Source of the DNA: Fidelibacterota bacterium
GTDB lineage: Bacteria > Fidelibacterota > Marinisomatia > Marinisomatales > Marinisomataceae
Length of the DNA stretch: 27,229 nt
Direction: 5' to 3'
Assembly (NCBI GenBank): GCA_036012065.1
Contig: DASCOP010000079.1
Coordinates: forward strand, 1 to 27,229
This document shows positions 16,925 through 24,500 of the stretch, one piece after another. Both the position numbers and the translations under genes were made by a program. The notes below the pieces were generated by a model. It ran no database searches. It was not told the origin of the DNA and saw nothing but the letters and a program-made list of their open reading frames with translations. Position 1 is the stretch's first letter; the number at the start of each line of letters is the position of its first letter.

Positions 16925-17179
16925 ATGGCTCATAAAAAAGGACAAGGTAGCTCAAGAAACGGAAGAGACTCTAATGCACAAAGATTAGGAGTAAAAATGT
17001 CTGATGGACAATTAATCCTATCTGGAGGAATCATTATTAGACAAAGAGGTACTAAAGTACATCCTGGACGCAATGTTAAAAGAGGAAATGATGATACCTT
17101 GTTTGCTACATCAGCTGGATTAGTAAAATTCAGCAAAAAAGGTAATACAACCTTTGTTAGCGTCATCGAACAAAACTAA
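16925..17179 (+). CDS. rpmA: 50S ribosomal protein L27
   Basis: [34 protein letters not shown] and DDTLFA motifs. Confidence 0.98.
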   Translation: MAHKKGQGSSRNGRDSNAQRLGVKMSDGQLILSGGIIIRQRGTKVHPGRNVKRGNDDTLFATSAGLVKFSKKGNTTFVSVIEQN

Positions 17180-17181
17180 AA

Positions 17182-18117
17182 ATGGCTAGACCAAAAATAG
17201 CACTAATCGGAGGTGGGCAAGTCGGTGGTAACATTGCTCTACTCTCTGCTCAAAAAGAATTAGGCGATATCGTTATTATTGATATCCCTCAAGCTGAAAA
17301 CTTCATCAAAGGAAAGGCTTTAGATATATCCCAACTTCTTCCACATGACGGCTATGATGCTAAACTAAGTGGTTCATCAGATTTTGCTACTATTAAGGAT
17401 TCAGATGTAGTAGTTATTACTGCAGGATTTCCAAGACAACCAGGCATGGATCGTGAAGATTTATTAAAGAAAAATTTAGATATCATGACAAATGTTGCAG
17501 AGCAAGTTAAGCTACATGCGCCTAATGCATTTGTAATAGTAGTATCTAATCCTTTAGACGCCATGGTATATGCGTTTTATAAAGTATCTGGTTTTGCTAA
17601 AAATAAAGTAGTCGGTATGGCTGGCGCGCTTGATAGCGCTAGATTTAGATCATTTATTGCAGAGGCAACCAATCTTTCTGCGCAAGATGTCACATGTATG
17701 GTTCTTGGTGGACATGGAGATACTATGGTTCCTGTCAGTCGATTAGCAACTGTAGGTGGTGTTCCATTAACATCGTTATTAGATGCCGATAAAATACAAG
17801 CAATTGAAGATAGAACGCGCTTTGGTGGTGGAGAGTTAGTTAAGCTTTTTGGTAAGGGATCTGCATTCTATGCTCCTGCACAATCAGCAGTAGAAATGAT
17901 TGAAAGTTTTGTAAAAGACAAAAAGAGAGTAATCCCTTGTGCATCATTGTGTGAAGGTGAATTTGGAGTAGATGGATACTTCATTGGTGTTCCAACTGTA
18001 ATTGGCGCTAATGGTGTAGAAAATATTCTAATTTTTGATTTAAATGATGAAGAAAAAGATGCACTTGATAATACTCTCAATGAAGTAAAAAAAACAGTTC
18101 AAGAAACTGAATTATAA
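17182..18117 (+). CDS. mdh: Malate dehydrogenase (LDH-like tetrameric type)
   Basis: GGGQVG; TAGFPRQPGMDRE with Arg at the MDH specificity position (Gln in LDH); VSNPLDAM, LDSARFR, VLGGHGD and GSAFYAPA motifs. Confidence 0.93.
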   Translation: MARPKIALIGGGQVGGNIALLSAQKELGDIVIIDIPQAENFIKGKALDISQLLPHDGYDAKLSGSSDFATIKDSDVVVITAGFPRQPGMDREDLLKKNLDIMTNVAEQVKLHAPNAFVIVVSNPLDAMVYAFYKVSGFAKNKVVGMAGALDSARFRSFIAEATNLSAQDVTCMVLGGHGDTMVPVSRLATVGGVPLTSLLDADKIQAIEDRTRFGGGELVKLFGKGSAFYAPAQSAVEMIESFVKDKKRVIPCASLCEGEFGVDGYFIGVPTVIGANGVENILIFDLNDEEKDALDNTLNEVKKTVQETEL

Positions 18118-18122
18118 TCCAT

Positions 18123-18869
18123 TTGAATACTATATTATCTACTTTATTTCTTTCTCTATTATTATCATCTAATCTTATTGCTCAATCTGGCTTTGTAACA
18201 AAAGAAAGCACTATAGCATCGTTTAAAATGGGATCTATGAAATCTTCTACTTATAGTTACTTCTCTGAAAATTCTTACTACTCTAAAATGGGTTTTTCAT
18301 TTAAAGGTAAGGGTCTTGCAAGACTTATGAGTAGAGATATAGAGAATGGGACTGTGATTTCATTTGAAGATTCTACTATTGTAAAAATTAATTATAAGAA
18401 AAATCGTTTTACCAGACAATCATTTTCAGAATTTTTAGCAGAAAAAAATTCTTCAGAAGAAGAGCAAACTGATAATCAGTCTGAAAATGAAGAATCGGAT
18501 GAGGGTGATTCCGATCCTATAGTATCTGATACTCCAGAAATGATCAATGGTTTCGAATCATATAAAATTACTCTAGATGATGGTGAAAACAAGCAGTTCA
18601 TTTGGGTTACTGCAAAAGAAGAACAATCTGATCTTGTAAAAACTATGAAAGAAAGAATTGTTAAATTTGAGGATAACTGGGGAAGTTTTGATATTAATTT
18701 TTCAGAATTGGGTATGAATGAAAATGCCATTCTTGTTAAAGCAGTTTTTAGTGATGAAGATGGTAGTTTTGAATATAATTTAGAAAAATATGCCCCAATA
18801 AATGGAATACCAGAAATGTTCAATATGTCGAAAGATTACAAAAAAGTTAAAAACCTAAAAATGTTCTAA
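18123..18869 (+). CDS. Secreted hypothetical protein, DUF4412-like
   Basis: TTG start. Sec signal peptide ending LIA|Q. Beta-rich body with EMINGFESYKITL..IWVT and a C-terminal MFNMSKDYKKV, which recalls the DUF4412 F-x-x-P-x-x-Y-K ending. Acidic internal linker. Confidence 0.6.
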   Translation: MNTILSTLFLSLLLSSNLIAQSGFVTKESTIASFKMGSMKSSTYSYFSENSYYSKMGFSFKGKGLARLMSRDIENGTVISFEDSTIVKINYKKNRFTRQSFSEFLAEKNSSEEEQTDNQSENEESDEGDSDPIVSDTPEMINGFESYKITLDDGENKQFIWVTAKEEQSDLVKTMKERIVKFEDNWGSFDINFSELGMNENAILVKAVFSDEDGSFEYNLEKYAPINGIPEMFNMSKDYKKVKNLKMF

Positions 18870-19609
18870 GATTTTTCCTTTTTTAATTGTTTAATCATAT
18901 CGTTATACATTAATTCTTCTCTCTTATAAGGCCTATCCAAATCAGTAGCTTCTCTAAATAGAAGTAATGCATCATCTTTTCTTCCAGTCTTCTGATAAGT
19001 TTTACCTAGCCAGTAATATGTACCAATATAATTAGGCTCTAATTCTAAACTCTTCTTTAGAAAATACTCTGCCATCTCAAAAGAACCTTGAGGTGGTTCT
19101 TCAAATATGATTGTAGCTAATCGACGTGATAATGAACTAATATCAGCAAGACGATAATGCCATTGTCCCATTATGTTATAACAAAAAGGATCATTGGGAA
19201 GTTGTTCAATAGCTTGCAAAGAATGGAACTCAATAATTTTAGAGCTTTCAATTTGTGTCCTTATATTTTGATTTTCAACGCTTTTACCGTATGAAACCGC
19301 ATACCATTTATGCACTTGAGCATTAGTAGAATCAATAGACATAGCTTCAACAATATATCCTAACGCCTTGTCCATATTCAATTTTTCTACTTTTTTTTCA
19401 TCCGCTTCTTCCGATAAGAAATGATGTGCTGCCGATAAACGCACTAAAACGTCTATATTTTTTGGAAAAGTGTTATTTAATTTTTGAAGTGGAATAATTG
19501 TTTCTTTGAAATTCAGATTATCTAAATCAATATCAATCTTACTAAAATCTTGCGCATATAAAGCGCTTGCTCCTAAAAAAAGAAAAAATAATTGGATATT
19601 CTTAACCAA
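18866..19609 (-). CDS. Secreted TPR protein of the RMDN1-3 (regulator of microtubule dynamics / PTPIP51)-like family
   Basis: TTG start; signal peptide ending LYA|Q. HKWYA...AIE..PND....MGQWHY..A......R..A..IF..PP..S.E.A......S.E..P follows the RMDN1 TPR pattern as I recall it. Confidence 0.75.
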   Translation of the reverse strand: MVKNIQLFFLFLGASALYAQDFSKIDIDLDNLNFKETIIPLQKLNNTFPKNIDVLVRLSAAHHFLSEEADEKKVEKLNMDKALGYIVEAMSIDSTNAQVHKWYAVSYGKSVENQNIRTQIESSKIIEFHSLQAIEQLPNDPFCYNIMGQWHYRLADISSLSRRLATIIFEEPPQGSFEMAEYFLKKSLELEPNYIGTYYWLGKTYQKTGRKDDALLLFREATDLDRPYKREELMYNDMIKQLKKEKS

Positions 19610-19617
19610 AATATTAA

Positions 19618-20658
19618 TTAAGGATAAAATGATAAAAATACTGGCTGATGATCTGAGATTCTATCAGCAACAGTGCTTGGAACAGTCCCAGTTTCATCTG
19701 GAGTAACAATCACACCCATTGTTGCTGTTGTTTCATATTGGAATAGAGGTGTATTAATTATTATGTGATCAAAGTGTGCTGGTGCATATGAGCTTGTCCA
19801 ACCCTGCCATGAATATCCACTACTTGGACCAGTCAAAATATCTTCATCAATCATAACAAAGCTTTGGGATGAAGCAATGCTAGTATCAGTAAAAGGACTA
19901 ATAGTTGGATTAGTAATAGATTGATCCCCTACATTATTAAAATCGCCAGCAATAATAACATTGTCAGTTGATCTGTTGTTAATAATATAATCAGTTAATA
20001 GCAAGCTCGCATGATGTCTTCTAGTAGTTTCATCTCCTGAATCATTGCTATCATATGTATCATCTCCACAACATTTATAATGGACATTTATCACGTAAAG
20101 ATCCATTGACTTAGTTCCATCAGTCCATGTGATATAACTTTCCATCGGAGGTCTACTAGCAAATTGGTATTGTGCATTGTTACTATAATCTCCATCTCCA
20201 TCATTGCTGTTTGGTGTATCTGACCACAATTCATTCTTAGATACAAATGTTACATTTCCAGTCTTATAAACTAATGCAAATCCAAGATTTCCAGATTCTT
20301 CATCTAAAACATATGAATAGTTTGTCATAGAATTTAACATTTCGATTAATTCAGCTTTTTTCGCATTACTGCCACTTACTTCTTGAAATAAATAAATATC
20401 AGCATTCCATTTTTCTAATAATGCTTTAACATAATCAATTGAACTACTATGCTGAGGAAAATTTCGAATATTCCATGTAACTATTTCTATTTGATTTAGT
20501 TGATCTAGATTGGTTGCATTTGGAAAATCGTAAGGATCAGTTCCATCGCCAGGATCAGTTCCATCGCCAGGATCGGTCGGAGAAGAACTTCCGCCGCCGC
20601 CACAAGCAAAAATTGCTAACAATAAAAGGATAAATAATCTATTGATGAGTTGAGCCAT
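19618..20658 (-). CDS. Endonuclease/exonuclease/phosphatase (DNase I-like) lipoprotein
   Basis: Lipobox IFAC. The full EEP catalytic set is present: TWNIRNF, FQEV, NVHYK, AGDFN, FDHII and SDHQPV. Confidence 0.88.
   Translation of the reverse strand: MAQLINRLFILLLLAIFACGGGGSSSPTDPGDGTDPGDGTDPYDFPNATNLDQLNQIEIVTWNIRNFPQHSSSIDYVKALLEKWNADIYLFQEVSGSNAKKAELIEMLNSMTNYSYVLDEESGNLGFALVYKTGNVTFVSKNELWSDTPNSNDGDGDYSNNAQYQFASRPPMESYITWTDGTKSMDLYVINVHYKCCGDDTYDSNDSGDETTRRHHASLLLTDYIINNRSTDNVIIAGDFNNVGDQSITNPTISPFTDTSIASSQSFVMIDEDILTGPSSGYSWQGWTSSYAPAHFDHIIINTPLFQYETTATMGVIVTPDETGTVPSTVADRISDHQPVFLSFYP
20533..20574. repeat. In-frame 18-bp tandem repeat (about 2.3 copies) encoding DPGDGT linker units
   Basis: AGGATCAGTTCCATCGCC is identical at 20533-20550 and 20551-20568, followed by AGGATC. 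Confidence 0.92.
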
Positions 20659-21568
20659 AGATATAATTTACTAATAAAGTTCCGACTTGTCCTAAGCTTT
20701 GTGGTGAACAATTCTTTGGGGTGTCATATTGAGTATGCCAATAATTATAAAACATATTTGGATATTGAAAATCAATAATATCAATTGCTGGTATTTGTGC
20801 TAATTCCCATAAAGGAACATGATCATCATAAATTTCATTTTCAATTTTCTTTTTAAAGGCAGGCAATGATAGTTCTTCTGCTAAACTCCATATCTCTTTT
20901 ACCTTATCTGGAGCAATGCTATATGAGATTCTTTCAATAGGTATAGTCAGATTCTTATCTCCAACCATGTCCACAATAATTCCAAAATCTGGTTTTTGAA
21001 TAGGAAGATTTTCAGCAAAAAATTTTGACCCAAGAGCAAAGGTTTCTGGTTGTCCTACAATACCGCCATCTTCAGCATCAAAAAATATAACATCAACACC
21101 AATATCTGGATTATAAACCGAAAGAATCTGGCATAATTCCATCAGAACTGCTGTACCGCTTGCTCCATCATTTGCTCCGAGAACTGGCAGACTCTGTTTA
21201 TCTAAAGACTCATCTTGATCCGATAAAGACCTTGTATCCCAATGTGCGCCAATTAAAAGACGATAGTTTGCCTTTTGATTGAATTGAATAATAAAATTTT
21301 TACCATCTCTTTCTGTGTTCGTAATGGGCTCTGTATAAACAAATTCCTGGATAATAAGATTTTCTGATAAATCACTTAAGAAATCGTTTAAATAATTGCT
21401 GAAATCAATGGCTCCATTCGAACCTGGATTCCTTGGACCAAATTCACATTGTTTTTCTAGATATGTAAATGCTTGATTAGAATCAAAAACAGGAATATTG
21501 GGGGACTGTTTTGATTTTTCTGTATTACAGCTGAATAAAAATAAAACTAAAAATAATATTTTTTTCAT
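20639..21568 (-). CDS. M28-fold lipoprotein, probable type II (Zn-dependent) glutaminyl-peptide cyclotransferase
   Basis: Probable start ATG 21568 (MKKILFLVLFLFSC, lipobox). Motifs GPRNPGS, GAHWDTR, GANDGASG, FFDAED, DMVGD, DDHVP and YWHTQYD. Confidence 0.75.
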   Translation of the reverse strand: MKKILFLVLFLFSCNTEKSKQSPNIPVFDSNQAFTYLEKQCEFGPRNPGSNGAIDFSNYLNDFLSDLSENLIIQEFVYTEPITNTERDGKNFIIQFNQKANYRLLIGAHWDTRSLSDQDESLDKQSLPVLGANDGASGTAVLMELCQILSVYNPDIGVDVIFFDAEDGGIVGQPETFALGSKFFAENLPIQKPDFGIIVDMVGDKNLTIPIERISYSIAPDKVKEIWSLAEELSLPAFKKKIENEIYDDHVPLWELAQIPAIDIIDFQYPNMFYNYWHTQYDTPKNCSPQSLGQVGTLLVNYIYGSTHQ

Positions 21569-21569
21569 C

Positions 21570-24500
21570 TTACCCTCTAATTGCCACATTAAGGTTCACT
21601 CCAAAATCACGATCAATTCTACGCCCTGTTAATCTAGTATCATTTTCACGATATTCATAAAATAAGCTACCAGAAACATCATCTGTTAATGAGTAAGTCA
21701 CTCGTAATACGCTCTTCATTGTATTGGTAAAGTTTTGTTCAGCAAAATTAATTTTATCTTTTGATCCTTCTTCTTTTTTCTGACTAATATCAAAATTTAA
21801 AGTGATATTCATATTATTTTTTAAGTATACATTCTTTTCTGTAAATGGCAATGAGAATCTAATCCCCTTAGAAAAATTATAGGTGATACTAGCTAATATA
21901 CTATTATCAGAAATATAAGTTAGACCATTTGCAACCTCATCTAAAGTATGAGTAATATTAGTTCTTACATTTGTTGATATACCATTTTTGAAAGAAGTGG
22001 TAATACCTAAGAGCGGTGTAAAACTACGAGAAGTACGTGAAAACTGTCTATTATCATCATTATCATCTGCAAATGATGAGATACTAAATAAATCAATTGC
22101 ACCAATACTGTCATCATTAAATTTCCAAGATAAATTCTCTTTTCCGCTAAACGAATGCTCTAAAGAAAGAGAATTAACATAAGGAGATATAAACTTAATT
22201 TTTTCTAAACCTCCTACACGTAAAGACCAATTAGAAAAAGGTATGCCCTTTGATAGCTTGTTACCATATGCAAGGTAATCTCTGCTAATAGATCTTGTAT
22301 CAATATTATAACCATTAATATTAGATGAAATACTTTCAGAAAAAGATATATTCAAAGACGTGCTCGGGTTAAAGCGCACCCCTGTTCTAATTGATAATGA
22401 TTTTTTGATATCCTCTGCTCCTGTATTAAGACCTACTTCTGGTACATTCTCTAATTCATGATCACTGCTTAGTCCAAATCTATAGCTCAAAGGAACATCG
22501 CCCATGACACCATTACCTGTTCTATTTGTATTATTAGTAATAGCAATACTTAAAGGTTCTATTTTTTTTGACATTTGATAAATTTGTTCCATGACAAAAC
22601 TATTTTCTATTTTTCTATTTTTCTTTTTCTGCTCAGATTTATCCAATTCAAGATTTTTATTGTTTTCTTTATCTTCAGCTTCACTGTCACTACCTCTTGA
22701 TAAGCCTGCCGGTACAGATCTTGATCTGGTTGTTGGGGTTGTTGCTTTTCTTTTAGAGGCTGGAGTATAAAATGTCTCAATAATCTCTGTACCAGATAAT
22801 GCAAAATTAATCCCTGTATTCTTAACAGCAGATACATTTGCTCCATTAATCACGCTAGATAAAGGCTTGTTCCATGAATAATTTGTGTTGTAAGTAAAAT
22901 TGGGTTTAAACCAACTTAACCATTGAGGATTGAATGTAGATCCAAAAGATTCAGTACTATTTACGACCCTTCCTATTTTCAAATTATCCAATACTTCTTC
23001 CCTATATTCAGACATATCACTTTTAATATTTTTATTGTATGTAAACTGTGTGTTATCAAATACCTTATAATTAATACTAAACTTTCTATCTAAACCCAAG
23101 TTAAAATCGTCAATCAACTCTGGATTAGCCCTTGATTGCTTTTCTGTTAAATTCCGATTAACTCTTATTCCTGTAGCAAATGATGTTGGAGTATAAAAAA
23201 ACTTAGTTTCACTAATCTTTTCTCCAACAACTGGCACCTTTGACATCCATTTAAATGCTTCAATATAGTTATCACTAGGAAATCTGAGATTATAATCAAC
23301 ATTTGTGGTTAATCTCTGAGTATCTACCGACTCCATAATCTCATCAGATCTATTTTGATTAGACATATTAAATGATGCGCTAAGATTGTCAATTGTATAT
23401 TTAACGAAAGGATTCTCTGATTTAATTTGCTTTGATATCTTACCATTCAAAGAAATTGTAGATGATTTTACTAATATAGAGTCTGGTGTTGCCCCGTTAG
23501 TTCTAATATCGGTTCCTGGGAAAAATTTTGGTGCATTATTTTGCATGTTATATGTCATATTAACTGGAAAAGAAATACCAAACCTTTGAGGAAATAGACT
23601 GCCTATTTGCATATTATTTGTAAAGATAAGATTTTCAGTTGTGGTGTTTGTTCCTACTCTTTCTTGGAGAATGTGGAAATCTGCATCTTTTTTACTATAA
23701 GATATAGAGCTCTTATTAAAATCAGATAAATTAAATTCAGATTTTAATCTTACTGCTGTTCCATTTTCCTTTTTTACTCCACTTAAGCGAAGTTCATCTA
23801 ACCAAATCTCACCTGTAATTGGATGGTCAGCATTATTTTCAACTCCTACAATAAAATATTGCAATCTTGATAATGAAGGTTGGCCTACAATCTCAACTTT
23901 TTTATACTCTTGATTATTGTCATCAATAAATTGATATCTTTTGTATCCCAATGAGTCAGTGAAGGTATCATTGGCATTAATCTTTTCAATAGACTCTTCA
24001 TCTATATTCTTTAAACTGGTCAACCAATTTAGGTCAAGATCTACGGCATTTCTCTGTTCATCTTCATCCCAACCATCATACACTGGCTTCGTGAGCTTGT
24101 AATATTCATCTCCAGTACCAAATTTGATAAAAAATCGTAAATCCGTATTACTATCTGATATATTTTCACTATCACCATAAACAAACATTTTCATTTGGTC
24201 GTACATCAAAAAGCTTTGTCCTTTTTGAGATGTCATAGAAGATAAAATTTTCCTTGCTGCTCCTTTAAAGTCTGGATTTAAATTATCAAACCTGAGAACT
24301 AAAGACTGCTCTTTGGATCGTATCTTATTGATTTGATCGTACTCACCAAAAACACCTTTAGGAGGTATATAATCAGGATTATCTTCATCGTTCACTACTG
24401 TCACTAAAAATGTGCTATCTTGTACTGCATAGTTATCTTGGTCTACAAGAGATGTACCCATCTCCTCCCATGCATTTCCTACAAGTTCAATTTTTGCAAT

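Noticed and set aside
10120-19706. Short ORFs 10120-10401, 14170-14367, 15744-15938, 16930-17166, 17352-17564, 17868-18080, 18476-18823 and 19506-19706
   Set aside because: Antisense shadows of real genes. Their Ser/Ile/Phe-rich composition is what the reverse of AT-rich coding sequence gives.
20533-20574. 18-bp repeats as a CRISPR remnant
   Set aside because: The copies are directly adjacent with no spacers, are in frame within a CDS, and no cas genes are present.
19618-20658. EEP domain as a retroelement endonuclease or AP-repair enzyme
   Set aside because: It has a lipoprotein signal and no reverse transcriptase is nearby, so an exported enzyme fits better.
21569-21589. QC start at 21589 (MWQLEGK...)
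   Set aside because: Overlaps the sprA 3' end. ATG 21568 gives a canonical MKK signal peptide with a GAGGG SD-like sequence upstream.
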